From Vicugna vicugna (Eukaryota), in the NCBI GenBank assembly GCA_013265495.1, contig MU058213.1, forward strand, positions 5,227,149-5,291,148: a stretch of DNA of 64,000 nt, read 5' to 3'. Shown piece by piece: positions 26,416-38,300 of this stretch (position 1 is the first letter of the stretch; each line of letters begins with the position of its first letter). A program made the position numbers and the translations under genes. The notes below the pieces were generated by a model. That model had not been told where the DNA came from. It searched no databases and saw only the letters and a program-made list of their open reading frames with translations.

Positions 26416-26782
26416 CCCCAAAATAATAAAATAAAATGAAGTACATTATCAGATCTTAGTGATCGTTTCCTACATCTTGAAACACTTTGCTACTTCATCA
26501 TTAGGAATTATTTCATCATCACTCATCAAAATTATTTCTAAGTATGCTTTTTAAAAAACCTAAAATAATAAGGAAACAAAAATTACGGAACTGTTCAGAA
26601 ATAAATGAGTAAATACATCACCATTATTTCATTATCTTTTGGTTTTGTTACTATATTGCCCAAAGTAATGCACCATCTCTCAAAAGAGTATAAAAGAATG
26701 GTGGAGACACCATCTTTGTCATCTTCTTTTTAGCTTTTACCGAACATAATTAAGAATTCAGAATTTTTCATTTCTGTCCATA

Positions 26783-27531
26783 ATGAGAAAGAGAAGAAAA
26801 TTAACAGAGAAAGACATTTCACAATTGTTAGATGAGTCAGAAGATGAAGGCAAAGAGACAGAAACCAGAGACTACTAATGAGGGTGAAACTGACTATATA
26901 AGCAAAATCTTGGACTATGAGTCTTTAGGATAAATAAATACATTTTCTCTAACAAGAATCAAAGAGCAAACAAGATGCTTAAAAACACAAAAAGGAAATA
27001 TGACCCAGTTAGTCATTCAATAAGGACTTAATCATTTAGTATTTTGCAACAAGAACTCTGGACCATCTTGTTTTGATAAAAGAATATGTTAACAATTAAT
27101 TTATCTTTTATATTTGTGGGAAAAATTTTACTTGATATGATTCATAAATGGACAAATACTGAAGACAGGTGTACACACAAAAGGTTATGATTGGAAGGAT
27201 AGATATTAGGTGGAAATAAAAAATTTCATTGGATTGGTCAATCTAATTTACATTTATAAAACTAAAAATGAAAATGTTTTTGTAGTTTACAACAAAAAGA
27301 TGGCCATGCTCTCTTCTACAAAATTATGAGCCTTCAAATTTTTCAATAGTATTACATAATGATAATGCAAATATGAGGAACCAAAATTCTTGTTCTGTTG
27401 TTTTCACTATCTCTTTACTTTTACTTCTTGAAATTTTTCAAAAAATAACTTTAAGTTTTAAAGCTATATAATCTCCACTGGGCCCAGATGGTAAATGTGA
27501 TGACTATTTTTCCTGGTATGCTGAAGGTTAA
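26783..27531 (+). mobile_element. Decayed piggyBac-like transposon (Looper-like), internally deleted; left end not resolved
   Basis: Broken-frame peptides MRKRRKLTEKDISQLLDESEDE, LLDMIHKWTNTE, VEIKNFIGLVNLIYIYKTKNENV, KDGHALFYKIMS; ends ...gaaggTTAA (27528-27531). Confidence 0.7.
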
Positions 27532-27744
27532 AATACATGATATTTTTATTGCATTACTATTTTCATAGACCTAGCCTTATGGCACTTAAAAAACTTATAC
27601 TGACAACTCTGTTGGCACACAAGAAAGCAAGTACCTCCAAACTACCTGAAAGTTTTCAGCTTCTCTGAGCAATTTTGAAAGTTTTGGATGCTGTCTAATG
27701 TGATCCTCTCTAACCAGGCCTCCTTGAAGAAACAGTTTACCTCA

Positions 27745-28320
27745 GGGCTGTAGCAGGGAAAGCACAAGATGATCCTGGAATATTGTGGTGCCAGAAATCA
27801 AGTACATGCTCAAAAATTGACAGCGATATATCAAAAGGACACAGGAGCCAACATGAAGGGGCTCCCAATGGGAGCAATACTGGGATAATTTGAGCAGCAA
27901 AATAAATAATGGTAGTAATGGATTATTACCTTAAGAACAAAACAGGCATCCAAAAGTCCATAATAATACACATTTTTAATATATAAATAAATAAATGGCA
28001 GATAAGGAAAAGCTCTTAACAGTAGAATTCAAACTAATAGTTGTTTGACTACTGACAAGGAATGACAATTAGATTATCATCATTTGTCAAACAGCACGAT
28101 AATAACTGCTTCAGGCAAATATTGTCAGTGGATGGTAAAATTAGTAGGTAAAAGTATAATGAAAAATTGGATGTTTATGTAATCTCAAAGTATCTCCCCT
28201 TAAGATTCTTATTAATTACAAAGAGGAAAAAGGTAACTTCACACTGGAGAAACTTGGCAGACTGCACCTTAATCAAGTGATTAAAGTTCACACCACCAGT
28301 AACAGACAAACTGATCTTTA
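27745..28320 (+). mobile_element. L1MC-like 3'UTR fragment
   Basis: caaaaggacacaggagccaacatgaaggggctcccaatgg...tggagaaacttggcagactgcaccttaatcaagtgattaaagtt. Confidence 0.7.
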
Positions 28321-28423
28321 CTAACACTTTGTCTGCTTGTCCTACTGATAATTAGACAGCTGTGCTGCAGTCTGCCACTCTGGCGGCAGATTTGTCAGTA
28401 CACCCCTTAGTTCTATCATTTTT

Positions 28424-28588
28424 TTGTGTTTTTTTTAACATTTTTTATTGATTTATAATCATTTTACAATGTTGTGTCAAATTCCAGTGTAGAGCACAAT
28501 TTTTCAGTTATACATGAACATATATATTCGTTGTCACATTTTTTTCTCTGTGAGCTAACATAAGATCTTGTGTATATTTCCCTGTGCT
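28424..28588 (-). mobile_element. Young L1 3' end (~165 bp)
   Basis: Reverse complement of the 1729 and 40639 copies; short tcattttt repeat on both flanks. Confidence 0.88.
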
Positions 28589-29724
28589 TCATTTTTATAT
28601 TTATAAATCTTAGTTTACTTTATTAGTGAATTTTAGTGTAACTATTAGATTCTCTGATAAAATAAAACTATTTACCAATATGAAGTGACCTTCTTTATTA
28701 CTAATAAAGCTTTGTGTCTTAAAGACTATTTTGTTTCATATGCATAAAGCCACCTAAGCTTTTCTTTAGTATTTCCTGATACATTTTTCCCATCCTATTA
28801 CTTTCAATTATGACTTTACCATTTTGATGTGTCTCTTTAAATGATTTACAGCTATATTTTTTTATTCAACATGAAAATCCCTGTCCTTTAACTGGCAAGT
28901 TTAATACAATTGTATTTATTGTCATCATATTTTGTGTTAAATTATGTCTTTTGTGATATTTGGACTTAAGGCTATTTGTCTTGTTTTATTTGACTTCCTG
29001 TTTTCTCCTTTCTTGCCTCTTTTTAAAATTTAATTAACGTTTGTTCATTTTACAATTTAATTTTCCTCTTTTATTAGTTTGGAAGTTGTATACAGTCTTT
29101 CTGTTCTTTCATTGGTTATCCATGATATTTTATCACTCATATTTAACAAAGAAAAGTCTAAAGTTAATATATACTTAAAATTCCTCCCAAATAATTACAA
29201 AGGACTTAAAACACAAAATCTAATTGCTCTTCTCCAGGGGTTTCTTTGTTATAAAATTATTATTTAATACAGAAAATGATTTCTAATATAGAAGATTTCT
29301 TGATTTTTATTTTATTTCTTAGAATTACATTTAGTAAAGATTTATTGGGGGTAAAGTCTCAATTCTGAACATAAATTTACTACATCCTCATGCTCAAAAG
29401 AAACCCCTAGAAAGTTATACAATTCTAGCGAGACAATTATTTTCTCACAAAACTTTGAGGATATTATTCCAATATTTTCTCTCCTGCAATGGTGTTTACA
29501 AAATATCTCTGCTGCAAGTCTCTGATGATCATTATTTTGCTGATGATTCACCTTTTGTATCTGGTTGCTTTTCAGATCTTGTCTTTGTCTCAGTATTTTG
29601 AGTTTCATCACAATATGTTTACGTATCAATTTCTTTTTTATCTTGATAGTTAAGCATTGTGCTTGCTGCATTTGTGAATTTTGTCTTTTAAGTTCTGGAA
29701 TGTTCTTTATTATTCTTTAGGTTT

Positions 29725-29867
29725 TCTCTTTTTTTGTTTTTTTTGGGGGGGGGTGATAAGATTTATTTATTTACTTGCTTATTTATTTTAATGGAGGTAT
29801 TGGGGATTGAACCCAGGACCTCATGCATGCTAAGTACGCCCTCTACCACTGAGCTGTACCCTTCCCC
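29725..29867 (-). mobile_element. tRNA(Ala)-derived SINE, Vic-1-like (camelid)
   Basis: Minus strand GGGGAAGGGTACAGCTCAGTGGTAGAG...GGTCCTGGGTTCAATCCCC with Pol III A and B boxes, followed by an (AAAT)n A-rich tail. Confidence 0.85.
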
Positions 29868-30584
29868 TTAGAATATTCTTAATGATTATCACCATTTCCC
29901 TGAATATCATTCTTTCTATCCTCTGCTCTGGAACTCTGAGTGTTATACCTTTTTAGCCCATCATCAATGTCTTTTAACCACTCATTTTTCATCTCTTTTA
30001 AAAAATATTTTATGTAAATATAGTTTTGTTGCTTTTGTAAATGTGCGACAGACTCTTCTGAACAATTCAAACTATACAGGAAAGTAAAGAAAAGGTTACA
30101 AAATCACCTCAAATTTCATCATCCAGAAATAATTAAGTTCACATCTTCATGACCATCCTTCTAGACATGTTTCTAGGCCAACAAACATATATGTATATAA
30201 TTCCACAAAACAAGATAAACTTTACATGAGCTTTAGAACTTGCTTTTTAAAAAATTAACAATATACTGCAGATATTTTTAATGATTTCTTTGGGTTCCAA
30301 TATGTATTTTATGCATATAAATATATAGGTGTGTGTGTGCACGTGTGGATATGCGTGCGTGGGTGTATGTAAATTTATTCAATCAGCCCTCTATTGACAG
30401 ACATTTGTTTCTATTCTACTCCTTTTTCTCTGTGTTGCAGTTGAATAATTTCTTCAGATCTATCATCCAGTTCCCTTCACTTGGCTCTAATCTGGTAATT
30501 TCAATGTTTATATTTTTATGTCTAAAAATTCTGATTTGTTCTTTTTCAAATCTGCCTGGTCATTCTGTCTTGGCTTCAAAAATT

Positions 30585-33360
30585 AACATTTTAATTTTTA
30601 GAACAGTTTTAGGTTCACAGAAAACAGCACAGAGAGATCCCACATACCCCCTACTCCCCTCCTCAGTTTCTTCTACTTTTAATATCTTGCATTAGTGTTG
30701 TACATTTGTTACAACTGATGGACAAGTATTGATAAAGTCCATAGTTTATATTAGGCTTCACTCTTTGTGTTGTACAGTCCTATAGGTTTTGAAAAATGCA
30801 TAATGTCATGCATCCACCATGACTTAACACAGAATACTTTCTTCACTGCCCAAAATATCCTGTGTTCCACTATTTATCCTTCCCTCTTCCCCCTAAACCC
30901 TGACAAATACTGATATTTTTACTGTCCCCTTCACTTTGCCTTTCCCAGAATGTCATATCGCTGGAATCACATAGTAGGTAGCCTTTTCAGACTGGCTGCT
31001 TTCACTCAGCAATTTGTACTTAAGGTTCTTCCATGTTTTTTCATGGCATATTAGCTCATTTTTCGGTTAATGCTGAATAACATTCAATTTATGGATGTAC
31101 CCCAGTTGGTTTATCCATTCACTTTTAAAAGACATCTTGGTTGCTTCCAGTTTGGAGGAATCATGAATAAAGTTGTTATTAACAGCTGTGTGCAGGTTTT
31201 TGTGTGAACATAAATTTTCAATTCATTTGAGTAAATGCCTAGGAGAGTGATTGCTGGATTATATGGCAAGACTAGTCTTAGCTCTGCAAGAAACTGCCAA
31301 ACTGTCTTCCAAAGTTGAGTTACCATTTTGAATTCCCACCAGCAATGCATGAGAGCTCTTGTTGCTTCACATCCTTGTCAGCATTTGGCATTTTCAGGTT
31401 TTCTCTTTTGCTATGTTTTGTTTTTTATTTTAGCTGTTCTAACAGGTGTGCAGTGGCATCTTGTTTTCGTCTGAAATTCTCCAGTGACATACGGTGTTGA
31501 GAATTTTTTATATGCTTATTTGCTGGCTGTGTATCTTCTCTGATAAGGTGTCTTAGATCTTTTGCCCATTGTTTGAGTTGTTTTCTTAGTGTTGAATTTT
31601 AAGAGTTCTTTGTATATTTTGGATACAAGTTCTTCATTGGACATGTGTCTTGTAAATATTTTCTCTCAGTTTGTGGCTTGTCTTTTCATTCACTTTTGCA
31701 GATCAGAAGTTTTTTGTTTTAAGGAAGTCCAATATACCAATTTCTCCTTTCATGGTTCATGTTTTTCGTGTTGTATATAAAAATTCACTGTCAAACCCAA
31801 GATCATCTGTATTTTCTCCTATGCTACTATTCTATCTTCGAAAAGTTTTATAGTTTTGTATTTTACATTAAGCCTATGATCCATTTTGAGTTAATTTTTG
31901 TGAAAGGTGTAAGGTTGGTGTCCAGATTCATTTTTTTGCATGTGGATGTCTCTTCGTTTGAGCACCATGTTGAAAGGACTATCCTTTCTCAATGATTGCC
32001 TTTACTTCTTTGTCAAAGATCAGTTGACTATATTTGTCTGCATTTATTTCTGAGCTCTCTACTCTATTCCATTGAACTCTCCATCTGTTCTTTTGCCAAT
32101 AGCATGCTGTCTTGATTATCGTAGCTTCACAGGAAGTCTTGAAGTTGGGTACTGTCAGTCCTACGGCTTTTCTCTTCTCCTTCAATATTACTGGCTCTTC
32201 TGCCCTTCGATATAAACCTTAGAATTTGTTTGTTGCTACCTACAAAATAATTTATCAGGATTGTTACTGGGATTGCATTGAATCTAGAGATCCAGTTGGA
32301 AAGAACTGACATTTCAATAATATTGAGTCTTTCTATCCATGGGATGTATCTCCATTTATCTAGATCTCTTTCAATTAATTTCATCAGAGTTATATATTCT
32401 TTTTCATAAATATCTTGTACATATTTTGTTAGATTCATACCTAAGTATTTCTCTTTTGTGGGACTGTACATGGCACTGTGTTCCTTATTTCAAATTCCAA
32501 TTGTTCAACTGGTGTGTAAGAAAGCAAATGACTTCTGTATTTTAACCATGTGTCATGCAACCTTGCTATAATTACTTATTAGTTCTAGAGGTTTTTTTGT
32601 TTTTCTGGGGTTTGGGGAGTCAATTCTAGGGATTTTTCAACATAAAATCATGTCATGAGCAAAGACAGTTTTATTTCTTCCTTCTCAATCTGTATACCTT
32701 TTAGTTCTTTTTCTCATCTTACTGTATTATCTAGGACTTCTAGTACAATGTTGAACAGGAATTCAACATTGAAGAAAGAATACTTTGCTTTGTTCCCAAT
32801 CATAGAGGGAAAGCATCTAGTTCCTCACCATTAGGTATGATATTAGCTACAGGTTTTATACAGATGTTCTTCATCAAGTTGAGGAGGTTTCCTTGTATTC
32901 CTAGTTTGCTGAGAGTTTTTACATGAATGGGTGTTGGATTTTGTCAAATGCTAATTTCTGTACATACACATATTATCACATGATTTTTCTTCATTAGCCT
33001 GTGGATGTGACAGGATACAATAATTGATTTTTGAATGTTGAACCAGTCCTGTATACTTGGACTAAATCCCACTTGGTTGTGGTGTATAATACTTTTCACA
33101 CATTGTTAGATTTTATCTGCTAATATTTTTGAGGGTTTTGCATTAATGTTAATGAGAGAGATCAATCTGTAGTTTTCCTTTCTTGTAGGAAACTGTTCTT
33201 TCTGGTAGGAACTGTTTTCTGATTCTGTTTTCTGGAGGAGATTGTAGAAAATCGGTATGTTTGGTAGAAGTCACTACTGAAACTATCTGAACTGGTGCAT
33301 TTTTTATTGAGGAGATCATTCATTACTGATTCAATTTCTTAAACAGATACAGGTCTATCC
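30585..33360 (-). mobile_element. L1 (L1MC/MB-like) 3'UTR plus ORF2 portion, decayed
   Basis: ORFs 31111..31350, 31979..32185 and 32127..32471 are ORF2 C-terminal peptides (HCWWE, KYLGMNLTKYVQD). Confidence 0.88.
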
Positions 33361-33694
33361 AGGCTTCGCCAATGTGAGTCTCCATCCTCAGCTCCCACCA
33401 TCAACTATTCCTTCCTTCTAGGTCTCTTAGGTCGGCCTCAGGGGAAGGGCTTTTGATTGGGTTCCAGTACATCTTTTCAAGCCAGTCTTCAGATGTAAAT
33501 TAAATGCTCTTAGGTCCAAACATTTGGAACTAGGAAGCAGAAGGTCACGCAGTACAGTTTGAGGCCATTTAAGGGCCAAGTCCTGGGTCAGGATAACTTA
33601 CGTTCAAAAGAATTGTGAAGGAGCTGGCAAGAAGTGATGACTATCTTAAGACTGGGTACCAATTTAGTAGGTGTTGGGATTTTATATGTGATAT

Positions 33695-35300
33695 CTCTGG
33701 TTTTGGAGTCAGGGTAATGCTGGTCTCAAAGCATGAGCTGAGAAGCATTCTGTCTTCTTCAGTTTTCTAGAAACGTTTGTGTGTAGAAGTGGCATTATTT
33801 CTTCCTTAACTATTTGGTAGAATTCACTAGTAAAGGTATCTGGGCCTAGAGTTTTCTTTGTGAAAAAGTTTTTTAGCAACAAATTCAATTTCTTCAATAA
33901 AATAAAAGGCTATTCAAATTACCTATTTCTCCTTGGGTGAGTTTTGGCAGACTATGTCTTTTAAGAAATGTGTCCATTAGTTATCATATTTGTGGGCATA
34001 GAGTTGCTCATAATATTCCTTTGTTATTCTTTTAATGTCCATGATGGCTTCTCCCTGTTTCTGATACTAGCAATTTGTGTCTTCTTTCTTTTTCTCTTTG
34101 TTAGCCAGGCTAGATGTTTATCAATTTTATTGATCTTTTCAAAGAAACAGCCTATGGTTTCATTGATTTTCTCTATTGTTTTCCTGTCTTCAATTTCATT
34201 TATTTCTGCTATAATTTACTATTTTTTATTCTTCTTGATTTAGGTTCATATTACTCTTCTTTTTCTAGTTTCCTAAGGTAGAAGCTTAGACTATCTCTTA
34301 TCTTCTAACATATGTACTCAATGCTATAAATTTCCCTCTATACTTTTTTTTTTAATTGAAGTATAGTCAGTTTACAATGTGTCAATTTCTGGTATACAGC
34401 ACAATATTTCAGTCATATATGTATACATACATATAATCCTTTTCATATTCTTTTTCATTATAGGTTACTACAAGATACTGAACATAGTTCCCTGTGCTAT
34501 ACAGAAGAAATTTTTTTTTATCTATTTTATATATAGTAGTTAGTATCTGCAAATCTCGAGCTCCCAATTTATCCCTTCATGCCCCTTTTCCCCCTGGTAA
34601 CCATAAGTTTGTTTACTACATCTGTGAGTCTGTTTCTGTTTTGTAGGTGAGTTCATTAGTGTCTTCTTTTTTTTCTTTCTTTTTTTTTAGATTTCCCCAT
34701 ATGAGTGATATCATATGGTATTTTTCTTTCTCTTTCTGGCTTACTTCACTTAGAATGACAATCTTCAGATCCAGCCATGTTGCTGCAAGTGGCATTATTT
34801 TATTCTTTTTTATGGCTAAGTAGTATTCCATTCCATAAATATACCACAGCTTCTTTATCTAGTCATCTGATGGTGGACATTTAGGTTGTTTCCATGTCTT
34901 GGCTATTGTAAACAGTGCTGCTATGAACATTGGGGTACATGTTATCTTTTCAATAAATTTCCTTCTAAATACTGCTTTCACTGCATCCCACAAATTTTGA
35001 TAACTTGTATTTTCATTTAGTTCAAAATATTTTAAATTTCTCTTAAGACTTATTCCTTGATCCATGTGTTATTTAGAAATGTGTTGTTCAAGCTCCAAAT
35101 ATTTTGGGATTTTCCATGTTATCTTTCTATTGTTAATTTATGGTTTAATTCCATTGTGTTCTGAGAGTGTATTTTTTGTAAAATTTCTACTCTTTGAATT
35201 TTGTCAAAGTGTATTTTATGGCCCAGAATGTGGCCTAACTTGATGAATGCTCCATGTGAACCTGATAATAATGTATATTATATGCTGTTGTTGGGTGGAG
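33695..35300 (-). mobile_element. L1 ORF2 N-terminal/central fragment, decayed
   Basis: ORF peptides GPDTFTSEFYQ and YQNLWDAVKAVFR. Confidence 0.85.
34345..34952 (-). mobile_element. Younger L1 3' end (~610 bp) nested in the older L1
   Basis: Approximate TSD ataaatttcc(c/t)tcta..tact at 34326-34344 and 34953-34973; poly-T at the left end. Confidence 0.88.
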
Positions 35301-38300
35301 GTTTAGCTTAACTATTCCTAGAGTATTTGCTTCTAGAGAAAACCCAGCTTTTGCATTTTCCCTCAGCTCCTTGATTCGTTTTCAGATCACTGTTCTTTTA
35401 ATTAAGCAATACATTAAAAGTAATATATGCAAGGATAGCTGCTCCTACTATTTCTATATAATACTGTAATATTATCAGATATTTTTAGGCAAAAAGGTTA
35501 AAAACAAGTAATGTTGTCATTATTTTCAGACATCTTGATTGTGTAGAAATTCCTAAAAAATCTACCAAAAAGTTGCTAGAAGTATAATTTAAGTATAATT
35601 TATCGAAGTCCCAGGATACAAGATCAATACATTATCAACAAATTAATGGAAAATGAAGTTTAAGTACATATATTTATACACACATACTAATTCATACAAG
35701 ATCTAGCTCCACTGTAATAGAAGGACCCTTTAGAGTATATAGTTTACTTTAATGTCAGAAGTATAAATCATGGGCAGTAACTATTAATCTTTTAATTTAT
35801 ATAAATTAAAAATAATAATCTAGAAGAGTCTAAGAAGGAGTTACGGCTCTTAGTTGCAATGCAATCACTTCATAAAATTGAGGGAGCTACAAAATTCTCT
35901 CACCCCTCCTCTGTGAAACAGGTTTGAGAGAAGAAAACCAGTGTGAGTTGAAACTAAGAGGGAAAGGAATAATTGAACAGAAATTTCTTTCACAGAAAAA
36001 ACTGCAAAATGTTTATTAAAGGCCTATTCTAAACACGGAGTTGTTTGTAGGTACTACTGAAAATCTACAGAAGACATGTACTCTGCTGTCCTGGAGCTTA
36101 TAATCATGTTTCAAAGACAAGATTACTTTCAGGAAAGTTAAATAACGTAAGACACTCTATGATTTAGTACCAAGATGAGTGGTAGAGATAAGCACCGCAG
36201 GAGTTCGCTTCGGAGAAGGGAGACACCAGTGCGGGCTGACATGTTAAAAGAACACTTGAGGGAAACAAGAAATAATGAGGGAGTGTGATCTGGGGCAGGG
36301 AAAGGATAAGGCAGAAGAAAGAAACCCTATACCTAATAAAATTATTCAGCTGGCCTGATCAGCCCCTCTTCCTTGACTTCAGCTCCTCTCAAAGATTATC
36401 TGATACCCAGGTTGAAGGAGTGTGATGGAGAAGGAAGAGAGCCAAGTTTAGCTTCTCTCCTTCCCTCCCCGGACTCTACCAGTAGCTCCAGCGCTTGAGC
36501 GACCCCTGGGGTCTCAGCACTGGCCTCTACCACAGCACTGTCTTCAGAGTAAGCAGCGTGCCTTCAGGCAAGCAGGGCCAAAAATAAATCGTGAAAATCC
36601 GTAGAGTCAGAGAAAACAGGTCAGAAATTCATAAAGCTAGTCAAATAGAGTCATATAAAGAAGGAAGACATGAAAAAAGAGAAGAATTTTAAAAATATGT
36701 TATAAATTAATCACATTTAGGAAGAGTAGCAACTAAAAGGAGTGAAAAATACTGTACAGGAAACATGGAGAGGAGACTTTTAGAAGATAATGGAAAATGA
36801 ATATTGAAAATAGTGTTAGAAAAGAAATATTTATTTTAAAAAACATAGTTCTGTTTAAATACAAGAGGCTAAGAAAAACAAGCCTTACCGACTTCATATT
36901 GAGAAACAATGAATTGAGAGGGGAAGCAAGGATACAGGGAGATGGGGGTGGAGGGGAAGGAGAGGGTACGACAGGGAGAACCGACAGAGGTGGAACTTAT
37001 CTGCCAGGAAAACTCAGACATGCAATATTTTGAACTATTCAATGCTGAGTGACTAGCTTTCTTTTCTTTTCTTTTTTTGCACCATGGAACTACTGTTAGA
37101 AAAAGCATTAAAGCAAGACCAACTAGAAAACATGCACAGTCTGCGGCGTGAGAACAATTCGGTAGCCATATACTTGTGTCTTCAGAATCACGCTATTTGC
37201 ACACAGATACCATGCTCGTGGTGCTGGTCAGTCTCTGCATTTTGCTAGTATCCCACACAATGGAGAAGGAATTAATACTGTAGGGGAAGTGTGGTATTCC
37301 TTGGGTAGCACAATCCAGATATTCATAAGTATGTGTACTTGGGCCAAAACGTTCTCAGAAGCCATGCAAAGAAACACAGAAATAAAGACAAGGAGTCCCT
37401 GGCAATCAGTAGGGACTTTTTTGTTTAAAGAAGTCTAGTCTAAACACAGCTGAACTCATGAGGCCATTTCTCTTAAAATATGGGTTTCCATGCTCCATTC
37501 CTATTAAACACCCTCCCTTTCCTTCTTCCCTTCCTTTCTCTCTCCTTCAACAATTTTTATTGAGTGCCTACTCCCTTCTAGACATTGTGCTCACTAGTGT
37601 CTCCTTAGATTTCTATATTTTCTTTCTTTCCCAGGCTGAGAAAATTGTCTTTCAGGCTAAATATATCTGCATGTAGAGGGCTAAAGGGGTTCCTATACCA
37701 GTCATCCCAAAAGACAAAGGCCACTGCTTCCATGTAGAGCACCAAAACATACCCAAATAATTTCTTTAGGAAAAAACAAATGACTCTCATTACTGATTTG
37801 CTTGTAGAAAACAGACTTGGCTAAAATAAACTCAACTATGTGTAATCAGGGTACCTACTTTCTCTACTGTTCCATGATTCTCATTTCTGAGAATCTGTTT
37901 TAGGAAAAATAGTAAGAAAGTCAACTGGTCTGACCAGCCTTATCAGAGCCACCTTGAATTACAGCATTTGTTACTGTGTTACATGTTGAAGCAACTTGAC
38001 ATTAAAGCCACAAACACACCAATGTCAGTTGTGACATATTCTCAAATTGGAAGAAACTACACTTGCCATCAGTGATGTGGCAGAAGGCAATGGGAGTTGC
38101 TACTGGTAATGGTTAATGTTCATTTCTTCCTGTTCCACTTTCTATAAACAAGGTAATGCCTATACAAGCTCATTACTGTAAACTGAGCACATTTAAATTG
38201 GCAGTAAAACCAGAGTATTTACTCTAGTGCACATATAAAGTGCCTCATCCAATGTTTTGGAAATGTTTCAAGTTTTGAAACCAAGCAGCTGGCAGCTTTA

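Larger units (their letters stand above)
28325..30000 (-). mobile_element. Old L1/HAL1-like element including ORF1-like remnants
   Basis: ORFs 29342..29671 (RKHIVMKL) and 29879..30070 (LKDIDDGLKRYN) resemble decayed L1 ORF1p; interrupted by younger insertions. Confidence 0.55.

Noticed and set aside
28370..28392. Possible CTCF site or hairpin (ctgccactctggcggcag)
   Set aside because: Spacing does not fit the CTCF core and it lies within an old L1 fragment
29790..29867. Possible tRNA-Ala gene
   Set aside because: Acceptor stem is degenerate and it is followed by a SINE-type A-rich tail, so it is called as a SINE
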